A stretch of DNA of 64,000 nt from the human T2T-CHM13v2.0 reference genome, Homo sapiens. The position numbers and the translations under genes were made by a program. Each line of letters opens with the position of its first letter. Position 1 is the stretch's first letter. Of this stretch, positions 44,035 through 58,270 are shown in pieces. A model generated the notes under the pieces. It was not told where the DNA came from. It saw only the letters and a list, made by a program, of their open reading frames with translations, and made no database searches. Location of the stretch: NCBI RefSeq assembly GCF_009914755.1, contig NC_060927.1; one strand, written 5' to 3'.

Positions 44035-44192
44035 CTGTGTAGATTCAACTTCCTTGACAAGGCTGGAAAATTGTGAATTGTAGGAAGTGTGTTTGAGTGT
44101 GCTTCCGTTTCTGGGATTCCCACTGTGTCTAACCCTGTGGTATCTGGCATGGGTTAGGCAATCAACAAATGTTTGCTGAACAAATGAAAACA
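44035..44192 (+). mobile_element. L2 3' end
   Basis: gtatctggcatgggttaggcaatcaacaaatgtttgctgaacaaatgaa. Confidence 0.7.
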
Positions 44193-46369
44193 AATGGGTA
44201 AAAAACTCAAACCTTTAATATTCATTTTTTAAGAAAAATAGTAAATAGCATTACCATGACTGACAGACCACAGTTAATTTGCCATTTCTACCTCCCACTT
44301 GCTGTTCTCAAAAAAAGTGGAATAAAACCACAGATTTGCCAATGGTCAAAAGATGAATCTAAAGGGCAATGATGTTACAACTTATTATTAACTTATTTCA
44401 TTTCTGCCTACCAAGAAATGTGTATGACTCAGCTTTTGTCCAAGCAGCACTGCTTTTGTTCTATTTTGAATTCGTGGTGGAAAGGATGAGTTTTTGATAA
44501 AGATCTTGACTTTTTTGTATCAAATAGAGGATAGGACGGTATTATAGAGATTAGGTAATGAAATGCATGGGTTCTAATGCCTGCACTGCCTCTACCCCTG
44601 TCTAGCTATATGACCTTGAACATTTCCTTGCCTCTGTCTAGGCCTTAGTCTCCCCAGATGTAACATGAGGGAGCTGATGTAGTTAATTGTCAGTGGCTCT
44701 TGCAGCCAAGCATCCTAGACTGGAATTCTAGGTGGGATTCAGAGTAATTCCTTGTGATGACATATGACTCAACCTTCAGCTGTTAACTGGCTCACCATCG
44801 TGACAACAGGCACCAGATTATTCACACATTTTTGAATATTTGAATTGCATAAGGCTGCTCAATGATGGTGAAAATTGGGTCCTAAATGTTCTATCAGATA
44901 TATATGTAGTGTAACCTGTTCAGGATCTCGTGTGAGTGTAAAATGATGTGTGAAATATGCACCAAGCAAGAAACACTTTGCACATTATGATAAGGCAGTA
45001 ATACAATTTGATTTTTATGAGTTAAAGATGATGGTACTATAAGAGCTCTAGTTATATGAAGCCTGGAACTATAGTATGTCTTAGTCTTTATAGAAAGGAA
45101 AACAATTAAAAATGTTGTTTCTCACTCTTGTATTTCCGTGTTCGTAGAGTCAATAGTTTCACTCAAGGCAGGAAGACAAGACCTGATGTTAGCCCCTCTG
45201 TCCGAGTCATTCAACACCTCACCCCCTCCAGTTATATTTATATTTATACATATTTTATTATTCTTTTACTATGCCAGTACCACAATGGGAAATATGTTTA
45301 CTTTTAAAAAGCTACCCAGAATCCTCCAATTTCTCGTCCGAGAATATAAAAACACTTACCTCACATAAACTCACTTAAGAAAATGTGAATGTAACACTGT
45401 TCCCCCAAACCGCTTTCTTCTTTGAATGCCAGCTTTTCACATAGCAGCTTTCCTGACCTCCTACTTCCAGGACCTCAGACCCCTCTGTCTGTGGGCTGGC
45501 ACTTGGAATGTGGCTGTCCACTTGGCAAAGTGGAAAGAGCTTCTGTTCTCACTGTGGCATCTGGGGCCTCAATTCTGGTTCCACCACTCAGCAGCTCTTT
45601 GAATGCTAGGAGGATATTTCACTTCTCCAGATCCTAATCTCTTCACTGGTAAGAGAGGAATAATTATATTTACTTTTTGACATGGCTAGAATAATTACAG
45701 AGAATGCATAGAGAGCATCTAACACAGAGACTGACAGGTAGTAGGTGCAGGTTTACTTCCCCTTCTGTAGATGGTCCAGGGTCTCTGACGCATCTCTGCT
45801 TCTTCACTGGTTTATCTCTGTGCTATGCTACCACCAAGGAGTCGTCTATGCACAGATAAAGAGGGAAAATGGTCTGCAGTCATCACTTGGGATTCTATGC
45901 AATTCAGTGAGGTCTCAAATCACTACTCAACAACCATTCAGCAGCAATGCGATGTCAATGTCCTTATCTGTTTCTCATGCTACTACTGTTTCATATCTCC
46001 TACGTAATGTAGTTTAGGAGAAAGAGTCATGAAGTGGGTTCCAGTAGTCCTGGCTTCCAGTTCCGATTCTCAGATAAACCTACTCTTTGACCCATGCCAA
46101 GTCATATCCTTCCACATATTTAAATGACAATCCTATACCTTAGTTCTCTCCAGAGATACATAGATTGTTCAGGCTGATGCACTTATGCTTTGATTTACTG
46201 GATATTCAAGTAATGAAGCCTATCTTTTTCTATGTTTTCTTCTTTTTCTGGAATTCAAAGTCTATGTGTTCTTGCCATTGCCCCTGAAGTAGTAACATTT
46301 CTGAGCCTGGCTGATCTAGAACCTCTACAAAGGCTGTCCTTCCTTCTTGATAATAAGTCAGTGCATTTA

Positions 46370-46560
46370 CCTAATATCTGGGAGTTTACAAAGTATCTTC
46401 ATTTATTCATTAGTATTGAAGTCTCAGTAGTAACTCCTGAAGATGGGGATTCTTACCCACATTTTAGAGATGAGGAAACAGGATGGGAGATGAAAGGATG
46501 TTCTCAGGAGTCCCACAGTAGGTGTTAGTTACATAGCTTGGATTTCAAGCAGCATCCTTC
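46370..46560 (-). mobile_element. MIR
   Basis: Core cccacattttagagatgaggaaacagg. Confidence 0.7.
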
Positions 46561-47593
46561 TCCCAATCCCAGGTCCTGGCCTGAATGTAAATGTGATTTC
46601 CAATCCAAGTTCGAATGTCTGTGCACTCATTAGTCCCTAGACAAATCTGGTTTTTCTTGCATGAGAATGAAATTGAACTTTCAAACATTTTCTTAAGCCT
46701 GTAGGATCTACATTCTCTTCATTTTCTAATATACTTGTAACTTTAAATTCCTTATTAAGCCCGAAGGATATTTCACTTCATTGTAGAAATTTACCATTGC
46801 CATTGGCTTCTGCAAAACTTGGCAGTGAACTTTTTTTAAAAAACGTGGCCATTGAGAGTGGTCCCCTTGATACTTGAGTGTGTATTGTCCCAAACATTGC
46901 CTCAATAGGTAGTTACTGTAGAAGAAAATGCCGTAGTTTTAATGGCAGCCTTGAATTTTCTCCTCTCTCCTTTAATGGAAATCCATTCTATACTTATTAA
47001 TCCACTGAGCTTGTCAGTACACATCCCTGTCATTTCTCAAAAATGTAAGGAAACAGCATGTATAGAACAAGCACTGGACTAAAAGTCGGAGGAGCAGATT
47101 TTAGACCTTCCTTTTCTACCAATTATTTGGAATGTGGCAAATTGCTTTACTTCTGTGAACATCTAGTTCATGTTTTATAAAGCATTGAAGTAGATCATTT
47201 CTAAGGTTCTTTTCCACCCTATTTGGTAAATTGTCTAGCATGTTCTACTTCCCACTTGATTAAATTACTCTGCTTCATTTTTTTTAATTTTGCAAGGAAA
47301 TACTCATTACATATAAGGATAGGAGACTTCACTTATTTCCACAGATATTTATTGAGCACTGACTATGTGAAACATAATTAAAGTGTAATGGGCATTTGGA
47401 GGAGGGAGACATTCCAGAAGAGGAAACTGTTATGAGTAAAGATAAAGCAGTTTGAAAGTGCACTTTCTAATGAGAACCTGGAGATTCATGGAGAATTTGC
47501 AGCGCATGGACTTGTGAGCAGTTGGCGTTAAGGTTGAGAAGAGGGCAGTGTGGACTGAATGTGGAGGCTTCTACAGTGTGTACTATTTATAAT

Positions 47594-47644
47594 CACGCAC
47601 ACACAGACACACACAGACAAACACACACATACAAACACACACAC
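47594..47644. repeat. Imperfect (CA)n
   Basis: Directly visible. Confidence 0.85.
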
Positions 47645-48799
47645 TCATCCCTTTTCAGGGTCTCCTGACGACCTATACTGCCTGTTGCTCTTTTTACCTC
47701 AGCCAGCAAAGAGATAAATTGTCAAGATTAAGTAGATCTGAACATTTGAGAAGGAGTTCCATAAAAAAGACAATGAAAATCAAGTGTACCAGCATCTTTG
47801 ATTCATACAAGGATCATTTTCAGTTTAACAGTTTATCTCCGTTGTTGGTTGTGACTTCCTGCAGGACGTGACTTTTGATATATTCATTCTTGAACTTCCA
47901 CCAAGCACAGTTTCACCATAGTTGATGCTCAGTAATAGATCCTTATTTGTTGGACTGAATTGCTGCCTACTGAAGTCAATCCTAGAAAGGAGAGAAGATA
48001 GCTTTTTTACATAGAATAACTAGGAGGGGTTTTCTTCTTTTGAATGAGCTACCAATAACAAAATAAAACTGCAATGGAAGAATTGACAGCCTGGATCTGT
48101 AATCTGCCTGACCTGATAATTGTAAAAACTGATTACTGTGTCAGCCTGCCAGATGGATCTTCTCCTTGAAATGTAACGTGCAGCACTTCTGAATGTGATT
48201 CAAGTGCAAGCTTCCTTTTCTCTCCCCTTCATGTTTGTTAGTTTGGGAAAGAAGCAGTTTTATTTGAACTGAACCCACTCATTTTAAGTGTGTTTAATGA
48301 CAGCAGTATGTGACAGATAAAATAAAATCCTACGGCCTCGTTTGATGTTTAATTTCAGACCTTAGTGAAAGGAAATAGGATAAAACAATGTTGTTCAAAG
48401 GGAGAAGTTGAAAACAAATGATTTGTTATTACACACTTAGCCATATCTCTCCAGGGAAATTTGGGAAGTCAAATAATATAAACGGTAATAATAGTAGTAC
48501 TTGAGATTTGTGGAGTGCCTAGCAGTTTGTCGAGTGGCTTTATGTTCATTATCACATCAAGTCTAGGAGGTTGCCTGGCCAGAAATCATCATCCCACTAT
48601 TACACACACGGTTGAGTGAGTTACGCTAAATACTACTTCTAAAATGGTAGAACTGAGCCTCACTCTTGGTCCTGTTGATTTTGAATGGAATAGTTCCTCT
48701 AATTCTCTGTGCTGGCTCACCAACCAAACATGTGTGCAGTACATTGGACCACGTTGTGGAACCAGCCTGTTCCTTAACTTTACTGAAGCATATATATGC

Positions 48800-48995
48800 T
48801 GGCAATATACAAATAAATTATCACAACGGATTTCAGCAGTGAGAAGTATATGAAGTTGAACATAACAGCCCTCCCTCAGTACCCATTCATTTTCTCCCCT
48901 GCCAACCCCAACTCTTTTTCCAAAGAGTAATCACCATTGTCTTTTTGTTGTGCATCTTTCCAAGCATGTATCTATACATTTATGTATACATTTAC

Positions 48996-49032
<37 letters not shown>

Positions 49033-49272
49033 TGTGTGTGTGGTATATTATCTATTTTTTTTCAGTTCTTTTCCTCTGGATCTTTTCATGTCAGTAAAAA
49101 GGATTTGCCATACTATTTTTAATTCTGTATAGTGCTCCATAGTGTAAGGGTTCATCACTGAGTCTCTTTTATAGTGGAGAGCTTCAGCTTTTCTTTATTA
49201 CAAACAATGTTAAGATGAGCTTCCTTGCATATGTATCTTTGTGTACATGTGAATCCAGAATTGGAATTGCTT
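48800..49272 (-). mobile_element. L1ME-type fragment with an internal (TG)n at about 49001-49041
   Basis: ttattacaaacaatgtt...cttgcatatgtatctttgtgtacatgtg...agaattggaattgct. Confidence 0.65.
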
Positions 49273-50131
49273 GTTTTTTTTTTGTTTTTTTTTTTGTTTT
49301 TTTGAGATTATCAAAATTCAGTGTGGGCCATCATCGCAAATGTTAGAATCCTCATCTTAGCTCATGTTATCGACCTGGGTTTCCACTTAGTTGCTTGGGG
49401 ATGTGTTGTTCAGACCAAGCCAGACACTTCTCTAAACAGACACTTGTGGCCAAGAGAGTAAATGTTGGGGAAGTTATTTTCCATGGCACTGTGGTTTGAA
49501 TACAGGCACTCACCATGGAAGAAGAGTAGGGTATTCTTGTAACAGTCTTGTTTACTTAAAACAGCCACGACTCTTCGCTGAGATAGAATAAGGTACTTAA
49601 CGCAATAAAAATATCTACCATAATTTAAAAATGCAAATGTAGCAATGCACTAAAAAATACCTTTAGCTTATTTTTTGTTAAGAAACAAGTGTTTTGCATA
49701 ATCAGGCTTTAAAAAATATAATTGAATTCTCTATACTGATTCTATGATAGGAAGGTCCAGAGTCAGGTCCACCTTCCATGCCATACTCCTTCTTTCCACC
49801 ATTCGCAGCTGGTCCTACTGAGGGTAATTAGTAGGGGATAATATCTGAAAATGTAGGTATGTAAGAGAATAGAGCTAATCTGCCTAGCTTTTATGATATT
49901 ACAGATCGCAGAGGAGCATCCTCACGGATAATTCCCAAATCACAGATAATGTGTTGTTGTGCTTTATAAGCAGAGAGACACAAAATAAACTCTCTCCCCT
50001 ATCCTTCTCTTTTATTTATTTATTTTCCTTCTGTTAATAGATTTAGTCATTTTTTAAAACCATAATATACCAGGATGAGCCAGAATTATGTGTGTCTAAG
50101 TTCTTTTAAAATAAAGAAATCGTTTCTTGGG

Positions 50132-50850
50132 TCTGTTTTAGTTAGGTCCTTTCAGGTTGCAGGAACCAAGATGTGCTTAAAGTTACCTCAGATGACTTTA
50201 GATGATGGGAATTTATGGTAATATACAGGGAGAAGGAAGGAAGTCCAAAAACCCATGTCAGCAACTAGACAACCAAGCCTCATGGAGACTTGGAATATCA
50301 TTGAGGACACAACAGCAGCTGATTTTGTCATTCCTCAGAAATAAACATCCAGTGTTTCCTTGTCCGGTGGGTCTTTGTTGGACAAGGACTTAGCTTTCTT
50401 CAATTTTCCTTCTGTTTTCTGTGGCAGCTCCTGTTAGTGATTCTGTTTAGTCTTCTTCTGAACACTAGGATGTTCGTTATATGATGTCCTGCTGCCTCAT
50501 GGCCTCCTCATCCTACGCCGTGTGTCTCTGGCTTTTGCTCCATTCCATCTCTGCTCCCAGCTTTTCTTTTTCTGTATCCTTACACTGAAAAGCCTGAACC
50601 AACAGGACCATTATTTTAGCTGGTTCTTCTCCAGTACACATGGAGGAGGAATTCTTCCTCCAACACAGCTCCTGGGTATCTAGTCTGGTTTGGGTTCAAT
50701 GTCTGATCCAACTAGCTGTGGCCAGAGTGCAGAATTACCTGTTACAAAACTGTGGCAATGTAGTTATTAAAACAAGCAACTTTTTGAGGGTTTTGCTTAA
50801 ACAGAGTGGTTGGTGTGGTAGAGACAACATTGTATGTACTTCTCTATCAC
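50132..50850 (-). mobile_element. Ancient LTR (MLT1N/O- or LTR78/79-like)
   Basis: tgttttagttaggtcctttcaggttgcaggaac...tgatccaactagctgtggccag...tatcaca. Confidence 0.45.
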
Positions 50851-52789
50851 AGAGAGAAATTTATAAAGTCAAGGCAAACCAAATATCTGAGGCTGGGACT
50901 TCACCCCAGATGTTTGCAAGTAAACAAGTTGTGGACCTTAGAGATCCGCTCCTCTCACTTTCTGACTGCCTCTTGCTTTGGTCTGTAGACCAATGTTCCA
51001 CTAGTATTTAGTTTTCATTCTGGTTTTAAAACGGTTTATCTGTAAACCTGTAATTTAAACTTCTGATAAGCAAAACTAACATAGTAATGAGCCCATTAGA
51101 AAGCAATCGTGAGATACTATTAGACTTTGATAACTTTCAAGAAGCTTTATTCTATTTTTGCCCATTCAAAGCTAACATTTTTGGCAGTTTTAAAACTGAA
51201 TGGGGTTTTTGTTTTTTCCTAAATATGTTTGTCTGATGTATATTATATCTTATTATGGCAAAGAAACTTAAAGTACCAAATAGAATGAAGACATATTTGA
51301 TATTAAAATAATGAAAAACATTCAATATTTGATAACTTCAGAGAGACTTTGACTAAGCTTCAAGGTTATTTTTATAAACATGTACTACTGGACAATGTAT
51401 AGAAGTTTCTTAGCTCACAGATTTTCACTTTGGTAGATGAGGACTAATGTGTTTGCCAGAATGTGCACCTCTTCTCTATTTACCGTAAAGAGAGGTGTGG
51501 GTAGGAGATTGCACAGTGTCACTTAGGGCTTAGAGGTGAGGGATTTTGGAATAGCTTTTAGTTTAACCTGCGTGTGAGAAAAGAAGGTTTCATCGTGTGG
51601 TTAATAGGAATTTTCATATGATAGGAAAAGGATTAACAAGATTTAACTTTATATTCTCAATAACTTCCCAATTAACCAGTGTCTTTGATGAGGAAAAATT
51701 TGAAAATTATACAGTTGTGTTTCTTTTCAATCTTCCCTTGCACGATTACAAGACGATGGAAAAGTGCTTACACTTTGATTGCTGTTCCTAATAACCATGT
51801 TAGAATTTCACAGGTGATCTGGAATATCATATCTTGACTTTCATATGTGGGAGCAAGAGTCAGCAAACAACCTTTCTGTGCTTAGAGATGATTTTATACA
51901 TAAAATAATATTGTTTTGAAAATGAACATTGATGGGAACTGTGTCATATTTTCTGTATCATATTTCATGTTAGCTTTATTAATTAGCTCTCATTACCTCA
52001 CCAAATAACTCAGATTTAAAAATATGTATCTTAACTGTGATCAGCCTAAGGACTCTATTCGATGATCAAGTCATAGTCAAATCACAGTCTCATCTCTTAA
52101 TGTGTTCCTTTGATCCTCCTCCCAACTCTCCCTCCAACATTCATACCAAATCCTTGGATGTTTCTGCTTAGTTCAAAAAGCCATGTTCTCTCACTATGTA
52201 AATTATACCAAGAATACCACTAATCATATACGAGAAGCTAACAATCTATGCTTGAGTTGTGTGTTTTTTAATATCATGCTTTGGGATATGATGCCAAATT
52301 GGATCTCCAATTTGCCTTTAATTAGTCAGCAACACTTATTTAATGCCCACTAAGCTCAGAGCAAGGCTTGGAGGGTGGAGAAGGGGAGTAAGGAGATCGA
52401 AAAACAAATACACTATCATTTCCAGAATAGTTACAGTATCTTTATGCATACAGAAAACAGATAAATGAAAGGATTTAGAAAACTTAAAAGCAAAATCCAA
52501 ATGAGTGCAAATTGGTCTGATACAAACTGAGCTATATAAATGCAAAGAGGATGCAAATTATAAAAACTTGAAGAGTTTAAAATTGCTATCTTTCTACTTT
52601 TATTTTCATAATACTTTGCCATGAGAATTCTTAGATCTCAGGACACCATACCCTTCAGTGAGGAAAGTTTACTGGTTCAATTGTATGATTTAGAGAAACA
52701 AACCTAATTCTTAGCATTTTATGGGCTTCTGAGAGATGACGCTGTAAAACTTTTTGAGTCTCTGTTAAACTTTTCTCGTCATTAAAGCT

Positions 52790-53160
52790 TTTATGTAACC
52801 TTGAACAAGTTCCTTAACCTCTCTGCGCCTCAACTTCCACATCATTAAAATGGGGATGATAATAGGACCCATCTCATAGGATTGTTAGGACTATTAAATG
52901 TATTATACTCTATTACTTGTATCCTATAAAATATCTTTCTCACAGTTTAATTTCTTGAAAATTGAAACACATCCTATGATTGATGTGGTAAGAAACCATT
53001 GTAACACATATTAAGTGACACCTGTTGGTTCTTTGTTAGTAGGTTAGTAGGGAAAAAAAAAGATGCAGTTTATAGTCAAAGCCGTGTGTAAAGTGTGTCT
53101 AAAGTGCTTAAAACAAAGCCTGTCATACAGTTGGTCTTATAGAATGATGCTGTTATCATC
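52790..53160 (+). mobile_element. MIR interrupted by a ~185-bp insert (about 52905-53085), possibly a Tc2/MER104-like MITE
   Basis: The MIR core (ctctgcgcctc...ctcataggattgttagga) stops near 52900 and resumes at taaagtgcttaaaac near 53100. Confidence 0.55.
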
Positions 53161-53971
53161 ATTGCCTGAATACCATATTTGTGGTATGTAAAATATTTGT
53201 CTCCAATTTCACTGGCTTCTGTCCTATGAAGCAGATATACTTATAGTTCCTGGTCTTTGAGTAAATAGAGCCTAGAAGGATTATCAGATATTACACAACT
53301 GCCAAATAATGACTTACATCAAACCAAGAGTTTATTCCTCTTCTCATGCATATCAACACCTGTTTAATCTGATCATGTTTTCAAAAACCCACTAGTGATC
53401 TATTTATTTCTAGCTATAGCTTTCATCACCTGTATTTGGTGATTTGTTGCTGGCAGAGTCCATACTCATAACACTAAATCTGACTACTGTGATTACAACA
53501 GTCTTTCTAAGTTAGATACCACTAATGATATTGATTAGGGAGAAGGCATTCTTTGTGATCCTATTTGCACGATCTCGGGTAATTCACTTACTGGACCCAA
53601 TTGTTAGTTGTGAAATGTGAATGTTGAAAGCAGTGAATCTTCCAGCTGCTTGATTTGTGATATCACTATCAATTTACCTACTGAGGAGCTTCATATAAAT
53701 TGGTCATTTGTAGAAAGTAGTTCAGTGGCTGAGAATCTGGCATAATATTTTATTTTTATGAAATTTCAGTAAACATTATTGAGCAACTTGTAGGTTTCAG
53801 GCTCCACGATAGGGATGCAAGCATGTAAGACCTCTGTCCAGCAACTGAGAGGTAAAACTACAATGAGAAAGATAGACTGGTAATTCAGATTTATTTTTAA
53901 ATAATAGCTTTTTGAGATATAATATACTTACCCTTCAATCCACTGACTCTGGTTTTAAAGGAGATGATTAA

Positions 53972-54920
53972 TACATTCACTCAACCGATATTGAGCATCT
54001 GATATGTGCCAGAGACTTCCTATGTGCTAGGGTTATGGAGATTGACAATAGTTATACAAAACTGAGCCTGTCACAAAATGTGTATCGACAGACAGTCTTC
54101 CATTTGGTGCTATAGACCAGTACTCAGGGTCAGCAGAGGGTACTCTGGAAGCATATTCAGGGACAAAGCAAACCTAGTCTTGGAAGATCTGAGGAAGTTT
54201 CCTATGATCATGTCTGTCTCCTGCCATAACACCCTGAATGCATCCGATCTGAACTAAACTGAGGTCTGACAAACTTGTAGGAGTTTGCGAGGTGAGTGGC
54301 TTGGGGAAAGTAGAGAGGAAGAAGTTTTTCTGGAAGAGAAAAGAAAATATGCTGTGGCTCTGAGGTGAATCACATATAATGCACAATAGCTTAGTATTGT
54401 GATAACATTTGGGACTGTGTGGGCAGACAGTGGCTGCAGGGCCTGAAGGGTGGAGAGGGGGAACTTACGCTTCAGTAGGGGTGTATATGTCTTATTATGA
54501 GGTCACAATGAAGATTGAGGTCAGCTAGAGGATGTGACATTCGAGTTGGGTCACAAAGGATGTACAGGAGTTTTTCAAGGCTGACCACAGTCTAGGCAGA
54601 AGAAATTGCAATTGTGAAAGGAAGATTTGCGTGAAAGAATGGTGTTTTTGGCTGAGTGAGGAATTTGAAGTATCTGGAAAATGGAGTAAGTGGCACAGAG
54701 AAAGAAAACAGCCAAATAATAATAATAATAATAAATTGGTGAGGGTTCGGAGAGCCGCTTACAATTGGATTCGGTGCAATGCAATGACTTTATATGTTCT
54801 GTACCTTGTCCTTGTAGGCAGTTGCAGGCACTAGGGACAGGAGTCTGGGGGGAAGACAGGAGCATTGAAAGTTTGAGGAAAAAATGAGAAGCATGCTTTA
54901 GAAAGATAATCTGAATATAC
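53972..54920 (-). mobile_element. L2 fragments
   Basis: acattcactcaaccgatattgagcatctgatatgtgccag and further L2-like motifs. Confidence 0.55.
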
Positions 54921-55099
54921 TTGAATTGGAGGGGCCCTGGATTGTGAATGAAAATTAGAAGTATGTCATCTGTATTGTGTAGGATAGTGCTTATCTACAA
55001 AGAATTTTATGTAGAATTCCCCATCAGATTAACCCTTTGCAGCAATAGCCAATTATTTCTGATATTAAAAATTATAATTAAATAAAAGATATGGATTGG

Positions 55100-55300
55100 T
55101 AACTAAACATTTATTGAGAAGTTACTGTATCACTTCCACAAATCAATTCACTTATTTTTCTTAGTAATCCAATGATGTAGCCTGTCATTTCTCCCATTTT
55201 TCAGCAGAGGAAATTGTGGCCCAGAAGGTTGTATGTAACTCATCGAGGCACTAAGTGGCAGAGGTCATGTTTCAGCCTCGGCCATCTGGCTCCAAAGCCT
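55100..55300 (-). mobile_element. MIR
   Basis: cccattttt...gaggaaattgtggcccagaagg...ctggctccaaagcc. Confidence 0.7.
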
Positions 55301-55384
55301 AAATGTATGAATTGGCCACTAAAGGCACAACTGAAAATACTAACAGTCCCTGTGTTAGTGAAGAGGGATATTTGGCAAAAAGTT

Positions 55385-55535
55385 TTTATTTTGCTTTTTT
55401 ACAATTCAGTGATTTGTAATTTATTTACAGAGTCATGCAATCATTACCTCAATTTAATTTTAGAACATTTAAAAAGTCCATGCTCATTTGCTTCCCATTC
55501 TCACTCTAACCCTAGATAACCTCAAATCTACTTTA
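55385..55535 (-). mobile_element. L1M 3' UTR fragment
   Basis: tacaattcagtgatt...tacagagtcatgcaatcattacc...ttttagaacattt. Confidence 0.65.
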
Positions 55536-57219
55536 GTGGTAGTCAGTTTGTATGAATGGCAACTTCAGTTTAATGGCTTTTTTTTTTTTTTGAGTAGTCA
55601 CAATCTGATAGCCTTAATCACTAATTCAGGAGAATAACATTGTTTGACCATATCATTTCTAACTTCTGCATGCAATTAGTGTACTCTATTCATAATTTGA
55701 TGCAGAGAAGGGTAAAAGTGACAGGCCTTGTGGCAGTCATTGGTCAAAGGCATATGAGTAAGACTGCCTGAGACCCTACCCTGGAGTTCTGTCTTGCAGG
55801 TAAGGCACATAGACAAACTATTAAGCAATATTGGAGAAAGAAATTATTGTAGAAATCCTGATGTTTTTGGTGAATGGCTTATGTTAAACTTCTCTCTCCT
55901 GGAAGTCATTGAATTGTTTTTAAAAACTTAGTATGTATGAAGCATTTGGAATGCTTGGCATTTTGAGAATAAAATCCACATCAATTTAAAATAAAATAAA
56001 ACTCCCCATCCAGAATAGAGTAGTAATTGCAAGGCATAAAATAGCCCAGCTGTGGAGTGGCTTAAAGGACAATTGGTCTCAGGCAGAGAGTACCAGATAG
56101 GACACGCTACACAAAGGACTGTAATGTCTCAATTAGTGTACCTATTGGGTAGCACATATATCTGAAATGGCTTAAAATAAAAATTGCAAATGCACCAGAT
56201 TTAATCAATCTTAGTATTTCCTTCTCTTATGCTCTCAGTCCTTAGTTAAAAATAAAATTTGCCTGCCTCATTCTCCTGTGTGCTAGCTAGTAGGATTAAC
56301 TGGAGTTCTCAACAGGAAAGCAATAGATCTAGTAGACGACATTGTATGGTGGGTGAAAGCCCGCTAGAGATAATTATTCAGTCACTCCCACTATATTACC
56401 CTTCAAAGAAACTGAGCCTAATATTCTCCTCCTAAGCAATTTAACCAACTTCTAAAAAAAAGTATAAGATATTATTTAGAGAATGAAATAGCTACTGTAT
56501 ATAATCAGGAGGAAGAATTATAGCAAATTATACTCATTTGATAAGTGTATAAAGAGCTACGCTCAAAGCTTTGTATTGTACCTCCCAAGTAATTGTTCAG
56601 TTGTGCTAACTGTCCTTAAAAAAGGAGAAGAGATAAAGAACTGCTAAAGAAAAAAAAATCAATCATTATACTTGTTCAGGAAGATTTTCCTTCTGGGCAA
56701 AGATTAAGTCTTATTTCATGCTCCATGAGGATCAAGCACACATTTGGCCCTCCCATGTTTAGTAGTGGTGATTTCTTTGCCTTTCTCACATTCATGTTCA
56801 TGTATAAACATAGACACCAATATAAAACTAAATGCAATAAAAGTGTGTTTTAAGATCTACCACATGTATGTCCTAGTAGGTATAGATAGATGTTATATAT
56901 CTGTGTTCACTGCACTTACATCCCAATATTTTCAGAAGATAGGACTGTATGCAAATGTTTCCAATATCTCTTTCTAGGATCACAAAAAAAAAAGAGCCCC
57001 TGAGGTCTTTCTACTTGTTTCAAAAATGAGCTGGTAGTAATATTAGAGCCAATTTCCTTTTGGTTTGCTTTAAACAAAATAAACAGCCCATTATGTAAAC
57101 TGTATAAGACTTAAGTGTTTGAGCACTTCCCTTAGAGTTTGTAAGTCTTATGCCCCCACCATCAAAAAGTAAACAAATAAATAATAAAAAGCCAATCTAA
57201 TTGTTATTATGAGAAGTCA

Positions 57220-57400
57220 TACAGCGTATTTGCTAAGAGCAGCTCCTCTAAAGATGTCAGACTGCCTTAGATGGAACACTCTGTATCCTCCGCTTGCCAG
57301 CTGGGTAACATTCAACAGGAAGCTTAATCTCTCCATGCCTCAATTCCTGACTTCAAAATTATTGTAGTAATACAATGCCTACTTCATACAGTTGCGGAGA
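57220..57400 (+). mobile_element. MIR
   Basis: gtcagactgcct...cttaatctctccatgcctcaattcc. Confidence 0.6.
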
Positions 57401-58270
57401 CATCAGTTAGGCGCTGTTCCTCTCACATATGTCATCAATTCTGAGACCGATTCACATGCTTAATATTTCTGACTAATTACTGTTACGTGGTAATCATGAC
57501 ATAGCGGCCATTGTCTGTACTTGTACATCAAAATCTGCTGTCTATGGAGATTAGTGACTTGGAAGAAAATCCTGGAGTCAATAGTGGACCCCTTTTTTAT
57601 TAAGACTCTTGATGGCCCAGAGGTCAGTATAATGAGGAAAACATAGAACTTCCATGATTTTGACTTGAAAAGTAATTCAAAGGGTTGAAATTTAAACGTA
57701 AAGAAATTTTTGGAATGCTTTCATTTGTTGCACTTATATTTTGCTTTTTATGTATGTAGAGGGGTGACATATGATAAAAAAACTATGGATAATTTTAAGC
57801 CATTTATTTCAACAAACATGTAATATATATTCTAACGACAAAGCCCTATGTTATAATTTAAATGGTAGTAATTTTTGTTTCCGGTTTTGTAATAGCTAAT
57901 GGTGTATTTTATAATCAGTAGCATCTTTGATTTGATGGGGTAGTGTAGTAAGAACTCAATAAATGTTAGACTCCTCATTAGGATTTGGGTAGAGGTTAAT
58001 GTCGGTAGATACATTATTAGAGTTAAGGGTCCTAAGGCTTTTTAATGTGAGCAGAGTGCAATGAAAGAATATTTTGGATTGACCAAAAGTCTAGAGAACC
58101 TGATTTGTAACTGTATCATTATGACTTACTGAATTTCATTCAGTAAATATTGCATGAAATTGAGCTGAAATTCATGTCTGCTAAATATGTGTACTCTGCC
58201 CTTTTCTCTTCATTATGAGGATTAAATTGAATGATAGGGGTGTAAGCACTTTGTAAATCCAAGTAAGAAT

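Larger units (their letters stand above)
47820..54250 (-). ncRNA. Possible antisense lncRNA (probably LPP-AS1); only a terminal exon at about 47820-47981 has sequence support
   Basis: Minus-strand acceptor tatcttctctcctttctAG (AG at 47983-47982), GATAAA variant poly(A) signal (47837-47832), U/GU-rich downstream element (47784-47761) and strong donor AGG|GTAAGT at 53932/53931. I recall LPP-AS1 being annotated in this intron. That recollection and the outer limits are unverified. Confidence 0.35.

Noticed and set aside
49273-49400. Orphan poly-T as the tail of a retrocopy
   Set aside because: No convincing TSD, poly(A) signal or recognisable parent sequence.
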